A stretch of DNA of 64,000 bases from an uncultured Pseudomonadota bacterium (GCA_913020725.1 CAJWCD010000002.1:4217-68216); one strand, 5' to 3'; counted from the first letter of the stretch, positions 1 to 11,811 are shown. Numbers and translations are program-made. The notes: generated by a model from the sequence alone, not told the origin.

Positions 1-44
1 GCATGAAGTCTCGTTCCAAGTACGGAACTAAGAAGAACCAGTAG
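1..44 (+). CDS. rpsL: 30S ribosomal protein S12, C-terminal end (partial, starts upstream of window)
   Basis: In-frame tail ...MKSRSKYGTKKNQ* immediately upstream of rpsG. S12 C-termini typically read ...RSKYG(A/T)KK. Canonical str-operon order rpsL-rpsG-fusA. Confidence 0.6.
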   Translation, partial: MKSRSKYGTKKNQ

Positions 45-50
45 GACCAC

Positions 51-524
51 ATGTCAAGACGACGCAAGGCGGTACAACGCAAAATCCCCCCGGATCCCAA
101 GCACAACGATGTGCTGGTGAGCAAGTTCATCAACTGCCTGATGCGCAATGGCAAGAAGGGCGCGGCCGAGAAAATCCTCTACGGTGCGTTGGACCTGATC
201 TCGCAGCGTGAGGAAGAGGCCAAGCCGTTAGAGGTGTTTCACGCAGCTATTGAGAACGTCAAGCCGGCCGTGGAAGTTCGCTCTCGCCGTGTTGGAGGCT
301 CGACCTATCAGGTTCCGATGGAAGTCCGCTCTCTCCGCAGTCAATCCTTGTCGATCCGCTGGTTGATCCAGTACGCCAACGCCCGTAGCGGACGTTCGAT
401 GCGAGCCAAGCTCGCCGACGAGTTGATGGATGCTTTCAACAGCCGAGGAACCTCGGTCAAGAAACGCGAGGACATCTTCAAGATGGCCGAAGCCAACAAG
501 GCTTTTGCGCATTACCGCTGGTGA
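51..524 (+). CDS. rpsG: 30S ribosomal protein S7
   Basis: 157-aa ORF with typical S7 sequence ([10 protein letters not shown]..., ...AFAHYRW C-terminus). Sits between S12 and EF-G. Confidence 0.95.
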   Translation: MSRRRKAVQRKIPPDPKHNDVLVSKFINCLMRNGKKGAAEKILYGALDLISQREEEAKPLEVFHAAIENVKPAVEVRSRRVGGSTYQVPMEVRSLRSQSLSIRWLIQYANARSGRSMRAKLADELMDAFNSRGTSVKKREDIFKMAEANKAFAHYRW

Positions 525-569
525 TTCTGTGCTCGTGAATCTCAACTGTCTGCTACGAACGTCCCGGTC

Positions 570-2660
570 GTGAAAACAACTCTCGAACAGCGTAGGAACA
601 TTGGCGTCATGGCCCACATTGATGCCGGCAAGACTACCACGACTGAGCGTATTCTCTACTACACGAAGCGCATCTACAAAATCGGAGAGGTCAATGACGG
701 TGCGGCGACGATGGATTGGATGGAGCAGGAGCAGGAGCGCGGCATCACGATCACCTCGGCGGCCACGACCTGTCCTTGGAAAATCGGTGAACGTGATTAC
801 ACCCTGAACATCATCGACACCCCTGGGCATGTGGACTTCACGGTTGAGGTTGAGCGTTCGCTCCGGGTGCTGGATGGTGCGGTTCTGGTGCTTTGTGGAG
901 TCGCAGGAGTGCAGCCTCAAACCGAGACGGTTTGGCGGCAGGCCCGTCGGTACCAAGTACCAACCATCGCGTTTGTGAACAAGATGGACCGGATGGGCGC
1001 TGATTTCGACAAGGCTGCGAAGTCGATTGAAGATCGGCTGGGGGCCGTTCCGATTCCTGTGCAAATCCCGCTTGGGGCTGAGGATCAGTTTGAGGGCATG
1101 GTTGATCTGGTTGAACTATGCGCCTACCGCTATGGAAACGACAAGACGGGCGAGACGTTTGAGACGATGCAATTGAGCGGAGAGTTGGGCGAGAACGCCA
1201 AGGAACGACGCGCCAAAATGCTCGAACGGCTCTCGTTGTATGACGATGTCCTGTTGGAAAAACTGCTGGACGAGACGGAGCCAACCCTTGAGGAAATCAA
1301 GTCCGCGATCAGGAAAGCGACGTTGACGAACGAGATCGTCCCCGTTTTTTGCGGAAGCGCGTTTAAGAACAAAGGGGTGCAGCCCCTGCTGGATGGGGTG
1401 GTTCACTACCTTCCTTCTCCGGTGGACTTACCTCCAGTAAAAGGCGTTCATCCCCATACCCAAAAGACGGCGGAGCGCAAGCCTGCCACGAATGAACCGC
1501 TTTGTGCACTTGCTTTTAAGGTTGCAACCGATCCTTTCGTAGGTCAACTTTCGTTCGTCCGAGTTTACTCCGGAAGCCTTGAAAGCGGGAAGGCAGTTTA
1601 CAATCCTCGCAAGGGGAAGATGGAGCGCATTGGGCAGATTGTCCGGATGCACGCGAATAAGCGCGAAGATCTGACGGTGCTGGAAACTGGGGACATCGGT
1701 GCTTTGGTCGGAGCTAACCTGATCACGGGAGACACGCTCTGCACCAAGGATCAGCCCTTGGTTTTGGAAACCACCCAGTTTCCGGAACCGGTCATGGATC
1801 TCGCGCTCGAACCTAAGACCAAGGCAGATCAGGATAAGCTGCAACAGGCGCTGAATCGTTTGGGCCAAGAGGATCCGTCCTTCCGCAACCATGTGGATGG
1901 AGAGACAGGGCAGATGCTCATCTCCGGAATGGGGGAACTGCACCTTGAAGTGATCGTGGATCGTCTCCATCGGGAATTCCGGGTGGCCTGCAAGGCGGGA
2001 AAACCGCGTGTCGCCTATCGGGAAACGATTACTCAGCAAGCCTCGGAAGCCGGAAAATTTGACCGAACCCTTGAAGGTAAGCCACAGTTTGTGCAATGCC
2101 AAATTTCAGTGGAACCGATTGAAACGGGCAAAGGCATTGTGTTTGAGAACACAGTTTCGTCGCTTCCGAAAGCGTATGTGGTGGCGGTCGAGCAGAGCAT
2201 CAAGAACGCCTTGAGTAGTGGCGTCCTCGCAGGGTATCCTGTCCTTGGGGTCAAAGCCCGCTTGGAAATGGCAGAATACCAAGAGGAGACAGCAAGCGAA
2301 ACCGCATTTAGTATTGCAGCGGTCAGTGCCGTTCGCAAGGCGATGAATGCTGCACGCCCTACGCCTCTGGAACCTTCGATGAAGATTGAGGTGGTATTGC
2401 CACCAGAATTCCTCGGCGATGTCATCGGCGACCTGAACGGGCGTCGGGGACGAGTCCGAGGCATGGAAGAACGCTCCGGCGCGCAGGTTGTGACCGCAGA
2501 CGCTCCCCTCGCGGAGATGTTTGGCTATGCCACAGGGCTGCGTTCCATGACGCAGGGCAGAGCTTCTTACACGATGCACTTCAGCAGTTATACGCCGGTT
2601 AAGAAGCAACCGACGGAGCGAAGTGTTCAGGAATCCGAGCCGGTTGCCGCCGAAGCTTAG
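570..2660 (+). CDS. fusA: Elongation factor G (GTG start)
   Basis: 696 aa with G1 motif [23 protein letters not shown] and NKMDR motifs. Canonical position after rpsG. Confidence 0.95.
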   Translation: MKTTLEQRRNIGVMAHIDAGKTTTTERILYYTKRIYKIGEVNDGAATMDWMEQEQERGITITSAATTCPWKIGERDYTLNIIDTPGHVDFTVEVERSLRVLDGAVLVLCGVAGVQPQTETVWRQARRYQVPTIAFVNKMDRMGADFDKAAKSIEDRLGAVPIPVQIPLGAEDQFEGMVDLVELCAYRYGNDKTGETFETMQLSGELGENAKERRAKMLERLSLYDDVLLEKLLDETEPTLEEIKSAIRKATLTNEIVPVFCGSAFKNKGVQPLLDGVVHYLPSPVDLPPVKGVHPHTQKTAERKPATNEPLCALAFKVATDPFVGQLSFVRVYSGSLESGKAVYNPRKGKMERIGQIVRMHANKREDLTVLETGDIGALVGANLITGDTLCTKDQPLVLETTQFPEPVMDLALEPKTKADQDKLQQALNRLGQEDPSFRNHVDGETGQMLISGMGELHLEVIVDRLHREFRVACKAGKPRVAYRETITQQASEAGKFDRTLEGKPQFVQCQISVEPIETGKGIVFENTVSSLPKAYVVAVEQSIKNALSSGVLAGYPVLGVKARLEMAEYQEETASETAFSIAAVSAVRKAMNAARPTPLEPSMKIEVVLPPEFLGDVIGDLNGRRGRVRGMEERSGAQVVTADAPLAEMFGYATGLRSMTQGRASYTMHFSSYTPVKKQPTERSVQESEPVAAEA

Positions 2661-2732
2661 GACTTAAACAAGAAACGGCTGCACCACAGCCCCACTCAAA
2701 CGAGTGAACCTCAGCAAGACAGGAGAACCCAA

Positions 2733-3932
2733 ATGGCACGAGAGAAGTTCGAGCGGTCCAAACCGCATGTGAACGTGGGCACGATTGGACATGTGGACCA
2801 CGGTAAGACGACCCTGACCGCCGCGATCACCAAGGTGCTTGCGCTGAATGGGCAGGCGACAGCAATGGACTACGAACAGATCGATGCAGCCCCGGAAGAA
2901 AAAGAGCGGGGGATCACCATTGCGACCGCCCATATCGAATACCAAACGGACAAACGACACTACGCCCACGTTGACTGTCCCGGACACGCCGATTATGTGA
3001 AGAACATGATCACGGGTGCAGCCCAGATGGACGGTGGTATTCTGGTCGTTTCAGCAGCAGACGGCCCGATGCCCCAGACTCGTGAGCATATCCTGTTGGC
3101 GCGTCAGGTGAACGTTCCTCACTTGGTTGTCTTCATGAACAAAGTGGATCAGGTGGACGACGAGGAACTGCTCGAACTGGTCGAGATGGAAGTGCGTGAG
3201 TTGCTTGACTCCTACGGTTTTCCCGGAGACGACACCCCGATCATCAAGGGTTCGGCGCTGACCGTTCTGGAAACGGACTCCACAGACTCCGGTGCTGACG
3301 TGTACAAGCCGATTGTTGAACTGATGGCGGCCGTGGACGAATACATTCCGGAGCCAATCCGCGACTTGGACAAGCCCTTGCTGATGTCTGTTGAGGACGT
3401 CTTCACGATTTCCGGACGTGGCACGGTGGCCACCGGACGCATCGAACGTGGTGTTGTTAACACCGGCGAAGAGATTGAGATCGTTGGTATCCGCGATACC
3501 CAAAAAACTACGGTCACGGGCGTGGAAATGTTCCGAAAAACCCTTGATACTGGTCAGGCCGGTGACAACGTTGGCTTACTGTTGCGTGGGTTGAAGCGTG
3601 AGGAGTTGGAACGTGGACAGGTCATCTGCAAGCCGGGGACTATCACCCCGCACACCCATTTCAAATCGCAAGTGTATGTCCTCACTAAGGACGAAGGAGG
3701 ACGCCACACGCCGTTCTTCACCAACTACCGCCCGCAGTTCTACTTCCGTACCACCGATGTGACCGGAGTCATCCAACTTCCGGAGAACGTGGAGATGGTG
3801 ATGCCGGGCGACAACGTGGAAATGACAATTGAATTGATCACCCCGATTGCTCTTGAGAAGGAAGTGCGCTTCGCCATCCGCGAAGGAGGTCGGACCATCG
3901 GTTCGGGGGTAGTGACAGAAGTGATCAAGTGA
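2733..3932 (+). CDS. tuf: Elongation factor Tu
   Basis: 399 aa with [23 protein letters not shown] and NKVD motifs. Canonical fusA-tuf-rpsJ arrangement. Confidence 0.97.
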   Translation: MAREKFERSKPHVNVGTIGHVDHGKTTLTAAITKVLALNGQATAMDYEQIDAAPEEKERGITIATAHIEYQTDKRHYAHVDCPGHADYVKNMITGAAQMDGGILVVSAADGPMPQTREHILLARQVNVPHLVVFMNKVDQVDDEELLELVEMEVRELLDSYGFPGDDTPIIKGSALTVLETDSTDSGADVYKPIVELMAAVDEYIPEPIRDLDKPLLMSVEDVFTISGRGTVATGRIERGVVNTGEEIEIVGIRDTQKTTVTGVEMFRKTLDTGQAGDNVGLLLRGLKREELERGQVICKPGTITPHTHFKSQVYVLTKDEGGRHTPFFTNYRPQFYFRTTDVTGVIQLPENVEMVMPGDNVEMTIELITPIALEKEVRFAIREGGRTIGSGVVTEVIK

Positions 3933-3952
3933 TTCGCGACGGGTTCTGATTT

Positions 3953-4264
3953 ATGGAGCAGAAAATTAAGGTCCGGTTCAAGGCCTACGACGACAAGCTT
4001 CTCGACCAAACGGTCGGGGAGATCGTGCACACAGTTCGGCGCACGGGGGCAGATATAGTGGGGCCCATTCCCCTGCCGACACGCATCAGCCGCTACACCG
4101 TGCTGCGTTCCCCGCACGTCGATAAAAAGTCACGGGAGCAGTTCGAGACACGGACTCACAAGCGATTGCTCTACATCAAGGACGCCACTCCTCAGACCAT
4201 GGATGCTCTCATGCGGCTCGATGTCTCTGCAGGGGTGGACATCGCGATCAAGCAAGAAGACTGA
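3953..4264 (+). CDS. rpsJ: 30S ribosomal protein S10
   Basis: 103 aa; [19 protein letters not shown]... is the typical S10 sequence. Confidence 0.95.
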   Translation: MEQKIKVRFKAYDDKLLDQTVGEIVHTVRRTGADIVGPIPLPTRISRYTVLRSPHVDKKSREQFETRTHKRLLYIKDATPQTMDALMRLDVSAGVDIAIKQED

Positions 4265-4281
4265 CGGCGAGGAGACGGATC

Positions 4282-4902
4282 ATGGCAAAACTGCAAACCA
4301 TCGACACTGTGAAGCAGGTTGTTGGTGAATTAGAGATCGAGGATCAAATTCTGGACACGTCTTATCATCCGCAGGTGGTGAAGGACGCGGTGGTCCACTA
4401 CCTTGCGGGTAAGCGCCAAGGAAGCCACTCCACCAAGACACGAGCTGAGGTGTCCTACAGCACCCGCAAGCTCTATCGCCAGAAGGGAACTGGCAACGCC
4501 CGTGCGGGCAGTGCGAAATCCCCGATCCGCCGACACGGTGGCGTCACCTTTGGCCCCAAGCCACGGGACTACTCCACCAAGCTGAACAAGAAGGTCCGCA
4601 AGCTTGCTTTGCGCTCCCTCTTTGCAGAGAAAGTCCGAAAGGGTTACATTCAGATTTTGGACTCGCTGGAACTAACGGATCACAAGACCCGGAATTTCAA
4701 GAAACTGCTGGGTCAGCTAGTCGAAGGCAAGGTGCTAATCGTGATGGACACGATTTCTGAAAATCTGGAACGTGCCTCTCGGAACCTTCCGGACGTGCAT
4801 GTGATGACGGGCCGGAATGTCAACACCTACGAGTTGATGCGATTTCCGAGTGTGATTTTTGTTAAGGGTGCGCTGGACGACTTCACTCAGAGGCTAAACT
4901 GA
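4282..4902 (+). CDS. rplD: 50S ribosomal protein L4
   Basis: 206 aa with the L4 signature QKGTGNARAGS..SPIRRHGGVTFGPKPRDY. It follows rpsJ directly with only a 17-nt spacer, so there is no L3 gene between them. Confidence 0.93.
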   Translation: MAKLQTIDTVKQVVGELEIEDQILDTSYHPQVVKDAVVHYLAGKRQGSHSTKTRAEVSYSTRKLYRQKGTGNARAGSAKSPIRRHGGVTFGPKPRDYSTKLNKKVRKLALRSLFAEKVRKGYIQILDSLELTDHKTRNFKKLLGQLVEGKVLIVMDTISENLERASRNLPDVHVMTGRNVNTYELMRFPSVIFVKGALDDFTQRLN

Positions 4903-5189
4903 TGAACACATTCGACGTGCTGAAGGGGCCGCATCTAACAGAGAAGTCCCTGATGATCAAGGAAGAGGGCAACCACTTTGTTTTCAAAGTCCACCCCGAT
5001 TCCAACAAGTATCAAATCCGACTGGCGGTCCAGACCGCCTTCAAGGTGGACGTGCTCAAGGTCCGGACGATGAACGTCCGAGGCAAGAAGAAGCGCATGG
5101 GACGGTTCGCCGGCCAGCGCCCGGACTGGAAAAAAGCGATCGTGACCCTCAAGAAGGGGCAGACGATCGAATACTTCGAAGGCGCATAG
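4902..5189 (+). CDS. rplW: 50S ribosomal protein L23
   Basis: 95 aa, typical L23. Overlaps the rplD stop by 1 nt (TGATG coupling). Confidence 0.9.
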   Translation: MNTFDVLKGPHLTEKSLMIKEEGNHFVFKVHPDSNKYQIRLAVQTAFKVDVLKVRTMNVRGKKKRMGRFAGQRPDWKKAIVTLKKGQTIEYFEGA

Positions 5190-5210
5190 CCGAAGCTTCA
5201 CGATTTAATC

Positions 5211-6032
5211 ATGGGAATTAAGCTTTACAAGCCCACCTCACCGGGACGCCGCAACATGAGCGGCTTCGACTTTTCGGAGATCACGACCGCGAAGCCGGAG
5301 AAGAGCCTGCTGCGGCCACTCAAGAAAACCGGGGGTCGGAACAACCTAGGACGGATCACCGTGCGCCACCGCGGAGGCGGACACAAGCGGCGTTACCGTT
5401 TGATCGATTTCAAGCGCGACAAGTTTGACGTGCCGGCCAAGGTGGCGACTATCGAGTATGATCCGAACCGTTCAGCCCGGATCAGCCTGCTGCACTATGC
5501 TGATGGCGAGAAGCGTTACATCATCGCGCCGCAGGGCCTGAACGTGGGCGACGTTGTGGTTGCCGGAGAACAAGTGGACATCAAGCCCGGAAATGCTCTG
5601 CCCTTGCGTGCCATCCCTTTGGGAACGAACCTGCACAACATTGAAATGAAACCCGGCAAGGGTGGCCAACTCATTCGCAGTGCGGGGACCGTTGCTCAGT
5701 TGGTGGCAAAAGACGAGCAGTATGCGCAACTGCGCTTGCGCTCCGGGGAAATCCGCAGGATTCGCATTGAGTGCATGGCCACCGTCGGAGCTGTCAGTAA
5801 CCCGGAAAACATGAACATCAATTTAGGCAAAGCGGGTCGCAATCGTTGGCTCGGACGCCGACCCACGGTGCGTGGCGTTGCCATGAACCCAGTGGACCAC
5901 CCGCATGGTGGTGGTGAGGGCAAGACTTCCGGAGGCCGACACCCGGTCACTCCGTGGGGCAAGCCCACCAAAGGTTACAAGACGCGCAAACGCCGCGATA
6001 CCGACAAGTACATCGTCCGGAGGAGGAAGTAG
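5211..6032 (+). CDS. rplB: 50S ribosomal protein L2
   Basis: 273 aa with [19 protein letters not shown] and [14 protein letters not shown] motifs. Confidence 0.95.
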   Translation: MGIKLYKPTSPGRRNMSGFDFSEITTAKPEKSLLRPLKKTGGRNNLGRITVRHRGGGHKRRYRLIDFKRDKFDVPAKVATIEYDPNRSARISLLHYADGEKRYIIAPQGLNVGDVVVAGEQVDIKPGNALPLRAIPLGTNLHNIEMKPGKGGQLIRSAGTVAQLVAKDEQYAQLRLRSGEIRRIRIECMATVGAVSNPENMNINLGKAGRNRWLGRRPTVRGVAMNPVDHPHGGGEGKTSGGRHPVTPWGKPTKGYKTRKRRDTDKYIVRRRK

Positions 6033-6310
6033 TGCCAAGATCCGTTAAGAAAGGGCCGTTCGTTGATGGCCACTTGGTCAAGAAAGTTGAGGCGGCAAAG
6101 GCCACAGGCAACCGCAGGCTCATCAAAACTTGGTCGCGCCGTTCGGTGATCCTCCCGGAGTTTGTGGGACTCAACATCGCCGTACACAATGGCAAGCAGT
6201 TCATCCCTCTCTATATCACGGAAGAGATGGTCGGCTACAAGCTCGGCGAGTTTTCGCCCACCCGCACCTACCGCGGGCACCAGGGCAAGTCGGATAAGCG
6301 TTCGAGGTAA
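6032..6310 (+). CDS. rpsS: 30S ribosomal protein S19 (GTG start overlapping the rplB stop)
   Basis: The conserved S19 N-terminus [11 protein letters not shown] begins at GTG 6032. The tracked ORF from 5954 is an in-frame upstream extension overlapping rplB. Confidence 0.9.
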   Translation: MPRSVKKGPFVDGHLVKKVEAAKATGNRRLIKTWSRRSVILPEFVGLNIAVHNGKQFIPLYITEEMVGYKLGEFSPTRTYRGHQGKSDKRSR

Positions 6311-6312
6311 TC

Positions 6313-6645
6313 ATGACGGCACGGGCAATAGCAAAACGAGTGAGGATCAGTGCGCGGAAGGCGCGGCTGGCCGTGGATTTGATTCGCGGCGAGCGGGTAC
6401 CCCGGGCGATCGCTTATCTTACTCATAGTCCGAATAAGTCCGCCAGCTTAGTGCTGAAGGTGCTCAAGTCCGCCCTCGCCAATGCGGCGTATCAGGACGA
6501 GTCCGCCGATGTGGACAACTACCGAGTCACGGTCGCCTACGTCAACGAAGGCACCACGATGAAGCGCTTCCGTCCTAGGGCCATGGGCCGGGCCGGAGCC
6601 ATCAGGAAACGTACCAGCCACATCACGGTGGAGGTTGGGGAGTGA
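6313..6645 (+). CDS. rplV: 50S ribosomal protein L22
   Basis: 110 aa; RISARKARLAVDLIRG... is typical of L22. Confidence 0.93.
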   Translation: MTARAIAKRVRISARKARLAVDLIRGERVPRAIAYLTHSPNKSASLVLKVLKSALANAAYQDESADVDNYRVTVAYVNEGTTMKRFRPRAMGRAGAIRKRTSHITVEVGE

Positions 6646-6668
6646 ACTGCTGAAACAATAGGAAACGA

Positions 6669-7331
6669 GTGGGTCAGAAAGTCAATCCAATTGGACTGCG
6701 ACTAGGCATCTCCAAGACATGGAACTCGAAGTGGTTCGCGGAGAAGGACTACGCAGAACAACTCAAGCAGGATCTGGATATCCAGAGCTTCATCAAGAAA
6801 CGTCTGCGTCACGCCGCAATCTCGCGGATCGAGGTGGAACGCACGCCCAAGAAGATGAAGGTCAACATCTACACCGCCCGTCCGGGGATCATTATCGGAC
6901 GTAAGGGTGATGAAGTCGAACGGTTGCGCAACGAGTTGAGTGGCAAGATGAAGCGCGACGAGGTGGTCGTGAACATCCGTGAGATCAAGCGTCCGGAGAT
7001 CGACGCGACCTTGATGGCGGAGAACATCGCCAATCAGCTTGAACGCCGCATCGCCTATCGTCGTGCGATCAAGCGGGCGATGGCTTCGGCCATGCGCATG
7101 AACATCGCTGGCTGCAAGATCATGGTCGGCGGACGTCTCAATGGCGCGGAGATCAGCCGTTCCGAATGGGTTCGCGAAGGTCGGGTCCGGCTCCACACGT
7201 TCAAAGCTGATATTGATTATGGAGTTGCCGAAGCCCACACCACCTACGGGCTGATCGGTGTCAAGGTTTGGGTGCATCGGGGTGAGAATTTTGAAGGTTC
7301 CCGCTCCCGCCGCCCCCGCAAAAAGGATTAA
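6669..7331 (+). CDS. rpsC: 30S ribosomal protein S3
   Basis: 220 aa; [24 protein letters not shown] is the conserved S3 N-terminus. Confidence 0.95.
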   Translation: MGQKVNPIGLRLGISKTWNSKWFAEKDYAEQLKQDLDIQSFIKKRLRHAAISRIEVERTPKKMKVNIYTARPGIIIGRKGDEVERLRNELSGKMKRDEVVVNIREIKRPEIDATLMAENIANQLERRIAYRRAIKRAMASAMRMNIAGCKIMVGGRLNGAEISRSEWVREGRVRLHTFKADIDYGVAEAHTTYGLIGVKVWVHRGENFEGSRSRRPRKKD

Positions 7332-7336
7332 TCATC

Positions 7337-7753
7337 ATGTTGATGCCCAAGCGGACAAAGTACCGCACAAAGATGCGCGACCGTATGAAGCGGAACGCGA
7401 CGACTGGAAATACTGTGAGTTTCGGATCGGTGGCTCTGCAAGCAACGGGTCGTGGCTATGTGAGCAATCGCCAGATCGAGGCGGCTCGCCGTGTGATCGC
7501 CCGGACACTCAAGCGTGGTGGAAAAACGTGGATTCGTATTTTCCCGGACAAGCCAATCACGAGCAAGCCTGCTGAAGTCCGGATGGGAAAGGGAAAAGGT
7601 GCCGTCGATTCATGGGTGGCCGTGGTACGCCCTGGCCGCATCCTTTACGAAATCGACGGAGTTTCGGAAGAAATCGCAATGGAAGCCCTGCGGTTGGCCG
7701 CCTACAAGCTGCCCATCAAGGCTCAGATCATTAAGCGAACGGCGGTAATATGA
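7337..7753 (+). CDS. rplP: 50S ribosomal protein L16
   Basis: 138 aa; [18 protein letters not shown]... is typical of L16. Confidence 0.95.
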   Translation: MLMPKRTKYRTKMRDRMKRNATTGNTVSFGSVALQATGRGYVSNRQIEAARRVIARTLKRGGKTWIRIFPDKPITSKPAEVRMGKGKGAVDSWVAVVRPGRILYEIDGVSEEIAMEALRLAAYKLPIKAQIIKRTAVI

Positions 7754-7980
7754 AAGTAAAGGAACTCCGGGCACTGCCCATCGAGGAGTTGGCCAACCGG
7801 CGCAACGAACTCAAGGAGGAGCACATGCGGCTCCGCTTCAGCAATGTGATCAAACAGTTGGGGGACGTCACCATGATTCGCAAGACCCGCAAGGAAATCG
7901 CGAGGATCAACACCCTCATCACTGAGAAGCAGCGTGACGCCGCTACGGAACAGAACGCTGGCGGAGAGAGACAGACATGA
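7750..7980 (+). CDS. rpmC: 50S ribosomal protein L29
   Basis: 76 aa; [24 protein letters not shown]... 4-nt overlap with rplP. Confidence 0.9.
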   Translation: MKVKELRALPIEELANRRNELKEEHMRLRFSNVIKQLGDVTMIRKTRKEIARINTLITEKQRDAATEQNAGGERQT

Positions 7981-8222
7981 ATAACCGAAAAGCCCTGAAA
8001 GGGGTGGTCGTCAGCGACAAGATGCAGAAATCCGTGGTGGTGCAGGTGGAAACCCGCGTGAAACACCCGCTGTACAAGAAGACGATCAAGCGCACGAATA
8101 AATTCATAGCGCACGATGAGCGCGAGACGTTCAAGATCGGCGACCCGGTGGAAATCGTGGAGTGCCGACCTCTGAGCCGCCGCAAGCGGCATCGCGTGCT
8201 GTACCCCGCAGACGGAGAGTGA
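7977..8222 (+). CDS. rpsQ: 30S ribosomal protein S17
   Basis: 81 aa; [21 protein letters not shown]... is typical of S17. Confidence 0.9.
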   Translation: MNNRKALKGVVVSDKMQKSVVVQVETRVKHPLYKKTIKRTNKFIAHDERETFKIGDPVEIVECRPLSRRKRHRVLYPADGE

Positions 8223-8223
8223 A

Positions 8224-8592
8224 ATGATCCAAAATCAAACCGTACTTGAATCGGCGGACAATTCCGGAGCCAAGCGCTTGATGTGTATCAAAGTGCTCGG
8301 TGGCTCCCGCAGGCGTTACGCCCGCGTGGGCGACATCATTGTCGCCTCGGTGAAAGCCTCCCTGCCCAACAGTAAGGTGAAGTCCGGAGATGTCGTCAAG
8401 GCCGTGGTGGTCCGGACCCGCAAGGAGTTCCGGCGCAGTGACGGCACCCACATCAAGTTTGACAGGAACGCCGCTGTCATCATCGACAACAAGCGCGAGC
8501 CAGTGGGCACCCGTATTTTCGGACCGGTTGCCCGCGAGTTACGCGCCGGGAAGTTCATGCGGATCCTCTCGTTGGCTCCGGAAGTGCTGTAG
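8224..8592 (+). CDS. rplN: 50S ribosomal protein L14
   Basis: 122 aa; [28 protein letters not shown] is the conserved L14 N-terminus. Confidence 0.95.
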   Translation: MIQNQTVLESADNSGAKRLMCIKVLGGSRRRYARVGDIIVASVKASLPNSKVKSGDVVKAVVVRTRKEFRRSDGTHIKFDRNAAVIIDNKREPVGTRIFGPVARELRAGKFMRILSLAPEVL

Positions 8593-8601
8593 CAGGAAAT
8601 C

Positions 8602-8973
8602 ATGGCATCGAAGAATAAGATTGTGGGGCCAAAAAAGAAAACGCCCCGCAAGCGGCGTGTGCCCATCATTAAACGCGGCGACACCGTGATCGTGACCTCC
8701 GGAAAGGAAAAGGGCAACAAGGGCAAGGTGCTTTCAGTGAACTGGAAGCAGGAGCGCGTGGTTGTGGAAGGACTGAATATGGTGACAAAGCACACCAAGC
8801 CCAATCCGCAGAGCCAGCAAGGGGGGATCACTCGACTGGAGGCGTCGATCCACTACTCCAACATCCAGATTTACAATCCTACGCTCGGACGCGGAGTGCG
8901 TGTCCGGTTGCAGCGCACCGCAGAAGGTGTGCGCCAGCGAGTTTGCGTGAAGACTTCAGAAGTCTTGGGGTGA
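8602..8973 (+). CDS. rplX: 50S ribosomal protein L24 (KOW) with a ~20-aa basic N-terminal extension
   Basis: The conserved L24 core begins around [21 protein letters not shown]. The preceding [19 protein letters not shown] has a good RBS (AGGAAA) upstream, so the extension is probably real. Confidence 0.85.
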   Translation: MASKNKIVGPKKKTPRKRRVPIIKRGDTVIVTSGKEKGNKGKVLSVNWKQERVVVEGLNMVTKHTKPNPQSQQGGITRLEASIHYSNIQIYNPTLGRGVRVRLQRTAEGVRQRVCVKTSEVLG

Positions 8974-8974
8974 T

Positions 8975-9520
8975 ATGACACAAAACCATTTACTTGAAAC
9001 CTACGGCTCCAAGGTTGTTCCGCAACTCAAGGAGAAGTTTGAGTACAAAAACCTGCACCAGATTCCGAAGATCGTCAAGGTGACCGTCAGTATCGGATTA
9101 GGAGAGGCCGTACAGAACCCGAAGGTGATTGAAGCTGCGACGGAGCAACTTGCCGCGATTGCCGGGCAACGTCCGGTGGTGACCCGTGCAAAGAAGTCGA
9201 TCGCTGGCTTCAAACTGCGCGAGGGTATGCCCATCGGCTGCATGGTTACACTGCGTCAGAAGCGCATGTGGAACTTCCTCGACAAACTCCTGCATGTTGC
9301 GATGCCGCGAATCCGGGACTTCCGAGGCGTCTCGCCCCGATCGTTTGACGGACGTGGCAACTACTCTCTGGGAATCCAAGAGCAACTGATCTTCCTAGAG
9401 ATGGATTTTGACCAGATCGATAAGGTGCGGGGATTGAACGTCGCCATCACCACGACTGCGAACACTGACGAAGAAGCCCGTGAGCTGATGCAGGGGCTTG
9501 GATTCCCTTTCCGAAATTGA
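8975..9520 (+). CDS. rplE: 50S ribosomal protein L5
   Basis: 181 aa, typical L5 sequence. Confidence 0.95.
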   Translation: MTQNHLLETYGSKVVPQLKEKFEYKNLHQIPKIVKVTVSIGLGEAVQNPKVIEAATEQLAAIAGQRPVVTRAKKSIAGFKLREGMPIGCMVTLRQKRMWNFLDKLLHVAMPRIRDFRGVSPRSFDGRGNYSLGIQEQLIFLEMDFDQIDKVRGLNVAITTTANTDEEARELMQGLGFPFRN

Positions 9521-9524
9521 CGGT

Positions 9525-9710
9525 ATGGCCAAAACAGCGTTAATTGTGAAGTGCAAGCGTAAGCCCAAGTTTAAAGTGCGGGGCTACAATCGGTGCAACT
9601 ACTGTGGACGTCCACGGGCGTATCTGCGGAGATTCGGTATGTGCCGAATCTGCTTCCGTCTCAAGGCGTCGGCTGGGCTGTTACCAGGGGTGACAAAAGC
9701 CAGTTGGTAA
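9525..9710 (+). CDS. rpsZ: 30S ribosomal protein S14 type Z (zinc-ribbon, 61 aa)
   Basis: [48 protein letters not shown] with four Cys. The tracked ORF from 9498 overlaps the rplE 3' end; ATG 9525 is the likely start. Confidence 0.85.
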   Translation: MAKTALIVKCKRKPKFKVRGYNRCNYCGRPRAYLRRFGMCRICFRLKASAGLLPGVTKASW

Positions 9711-9740
9711 GAAACAACACGACTAACGAAACAGCTGCTC

Positions 9741-10133
9741 ATGATGACCGACCCTATTGCGGATATGCTCACCCGCATCCGCAACGCCAACCTTCGGAAG
9801 CATCCCGAGGTAGTGATGCCTTCCAGCAAGATGAAGGCCAGCATTGCGCAAGTACTTCAAGAAGAAGGCTTTGTGAATGGAGTTCAGGTGGAAGAAGACG
9901 GGGTGTTCCGTACCCTCAAGATACAGCTTCGCTACTGGCAAGGGGAGCCGGTGATCCGCAAGATCGTCCGGATCAGCAAGCCAGGACTGCGGCAATACAC
10001 CAAAGCCGGAGATCTTCGCTTCGTTGTCAACGGACAGGGGGTCGCCATCGTGTCCACCTCCAAGGGAGTGATGGCCGATCGGCAATGTCGCTCCGAAGGG
10101 ATCGGTGGCGAGTTACTGTGCGAGGTTTGGTAA
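9741..10133 (+). CDS. rpsH: 30S ribosomal protein S8
   Basis: 130 aa; TDPIADMLTRIRNANLRKH is the conserved S8 N-terminus. Confidence 0.93.
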   Translation: MMTDPIADMLTRIRNANLRKHPEVVMPSSKMKASIAQVLQEEGFVNGVQVEEDGVFRTLKIQLRYWQGEPVIRKIVRISKPGLRQYTKAGDLRFVVNGQGVAIVSTSKGVMADRQCRSEGIGGELLCEVW

Positions 10134-10145
10134 GAGAGAAAACAA

Positions 10146-10685
10146 ATGTCACGAACTGCTAAGCGTCCCATCGTCATCTCCAGCGGAGTCACGGTCAACT
10201 ATCAAGATCGGCAACTCTCGGTGAAAGGGCCAAAGGGGGAATTACAGATGAAGGTCCACGAGTATGTGGATCTAGATATGGACGGAGATGCGATCCAAGT
10301 CAAAACCGCAGGCACCTTCCGTAGGAAGGTGCCAATGCTGGGCACCACTCACGCCCTCATCCGGAACATGCTTGAAGGCGTCACTAATGGCTACCAGAAG
10401 CACCTGAATCTGGTGGGCGTCGGCTATCGCGCAGCCGTCAACAACAATGTGCTGGAGATGAGTTTGGGATTCTCCCATCCCGTAAATTACCCTCTTCCGG
10501 ACGGGGTGACGGCAAGTGTCACCACTAACACGAAAATCACGCTTGAAAGCACTGACAAGCAGTTGATTGGGCAGGTGTCCGCTGAAATCCGGAAGTTCCG
10601 CCCACCGGAACCCTACAAGGGCAAGGGCATTCTTTTTGAAGGCGAACGCATCCGCCGCAAGGCCGGCAAGAGCGGGAAGAAATAA
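10146..10685 (+). CDS. rplF: 50S ribosomal protein L6
   Basis: 179 aa; [33 protein letters not shown] is typical of L6. Confidence 0.93.
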   Translation: MSRTAKRPIVISSGVTVNYQDRQLSVKGPKGELQMKVHEYVDLDMDGDAIQVKTAGTFRRKVPMLGTTHALIRNMLEGVTNGYQKHLNLVGVGYRAAVNNNVLEMSLGFSHPVNYPLPDGVTASVTTNTKITLESTDKQLIGQVSAEIRKFRPPEPYKGKGILFEGERIRRKAGKSGKK

Positions 10686-10690
10686 GCAAC

Positions 10691-11056
10691 ATGGCTAAAG
10701 CATTGAGCCGCGCAGAGGCGCGGAAAATACGACATCGGCGTATTCGTAAGAAGCTTACGGGCACAATACAGCGCCCCCGGCTGACGGTGTTCCGATCCAG
10801 TCGCCACATTTATGTTTCAGCAGTAGACGATGAGGCTGGGCACACCTTGGTGGCGGCGAACACCCTGCAAATCAAGGAAACGCTGAAGGTGAGTGCGGGA
10901 AACAAGGATGCCGCTTACGAGGTGGGCAAGGTGGTCGCTCAGAAGCTGCAAGAGCAGTCGATCAGCGAAGTGGTCTTTGACCGTGGTGGTTACCTTTATC
11001 ACGGTCGGGTGAAATCGCTGGCGGAAGGCGCCCGTGAAGGCGGGTTGAAGTTCTGA
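10691..11056 (+). CDS. rplR: 50S ribosomal protein L18
   Basis: 121 aa, typical L18. Confidence 0.92.
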   Translation: MAKALSRAEARKIRHRRIRKKLTGTIQRPRLTVFRSSRHIYVSAVDDEAGHTLVAANTLQIKETLKVSAGNKDAAYEVGKVVAQKLQEQSISEVVFDRGGYLYHGRVKSLAEGAREGGLKF

Positions 11057-11078
11057 TTGCATTGGACATAGGAAAACG

Positions 11079-11627
11079 GTGGCAGAGAAAAGCAGAGAGA
11101 GAAACAGAGACAAAAGCAGAGAGAGAAACACAGAGAAGGGTGAGAAGAACGAACTGCTCGAGCGGGTGATTCAAGTCAACCGTGTGGCCAAGGTGGTCAA
11201 GGGCGGACGTCGTTTCAGCTTTAGTGCACTGGTGGTGGTTGGTGACGGCAATGGTCGACTCGGACTCGGGCTAGGCAAAGCCGGAGAAGTGACCGAAGCG
11301 ATCCGCAAGGCGATTGCACAGGCCAGCCGAGATTTGGTGACGATCCTCTTGGAGGGCACCTCTATTCCGCATGAAGTCACCTGCAAGTTTGGCGCAGGCA
11401 AGGTGTTGATGAAACCTGCTAGCCAAGGTCATGGAATCATCGCCGCAGGTTCAGTGCGTGCCGTCATGGAAGTGGTTGGGGTGACCGACATTTCAGTGAA
11501 ATGTCTCGGCTCCCGGAACCCGCAGAACCTTGTGCGCTCCACGATCAAGGGGCTTCGCTCGTTGCGTAGCATGGATCAGGCCGCCCGTATGCGCGGCAAA
11601 ACCGTTGAGTACCTGAAGCAGGCCTGA
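11079..11627 (+). CDS. rpsE: 30S ribosomal protein S5 (GTG start) with a repetitive charged N-terminal extension
   Basis: Core reads ...[33 protein letters not shown]. The N-terminus [16 protein letters not shown] is encoded by a 24-nt tandem repeat. Confidence 0.92.
   Translation: MAEKSRERNRDKSRERNTEKGEKNELLERVIQVNRVAKVVKGGRRFSFSALVVVGDGNGRLGLGLGKAGEVTEAIRKAIAQASRDLVTILLEGTSIPHEVTCKFGAGKVLMKPASQGHGIIAAGSVRAVMEVVGVTDISVKCLGSRNPQNLVRSTIKGLRSLRSMDQAARMRGKTVEYLKQA
11088..11135 (+). repeat. 24-nt tandem repeat (2 copies, 22/24 identical) inside the 5' end of rpsE
   Basis: AAAAGCAGAGAGAGAAACAGAGAC / AAAAGCAGAGAGAGAAACACAGAG encode KSRERNRD / KSRERNTE. Confidence 0.85.
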
Positions 11628-11631
11628 AACG

Positions 11632-11811
11632 ATGAACAGAATTCGAGTAACGCAAATCCGGAGCCAGATTGGGCACCGACAGAACCAGCGTGAATGCCTC
11701 AAGGGATTAGGGCTGCGGAAGATCGACAGCATGGTCGAACTTCCAAACACCCCGGAAGTCCGAGGGCTGCTCCGCAAAGTAATGCATCTTGTTAAAATCG
11801 AAGAAATCTAA
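11632..11811 (+). CDS. rpmD: 50S ribosomal protein L30 (59 aa, below the ORF-track length cutoff)
   Basis: Manual translation gives MNRIRVTQIRSQIGHRQNQRECLKGLGLRKIDSMVELPNTPEVRGLLRKVMHLVKIEEI, a typical L30. Canonical slot between rpsE and rplO. Confidence 0.8.
   Translation: MNRIRVTQIRSQIGHRQNQRECLKGLGLRKIDSMVELPNTPEVRGLLRKVMHLVKIEEI

Noticed and set aside
228-1064. 278-aa minus-strand ORF antisense to rpsG/fusA
   Set aside because: It lies entirely within well-supported EF-G and S7 coding sequence on the other strand. High-GC genomes generate long spurious antisense ORFs. No recognisable domain.
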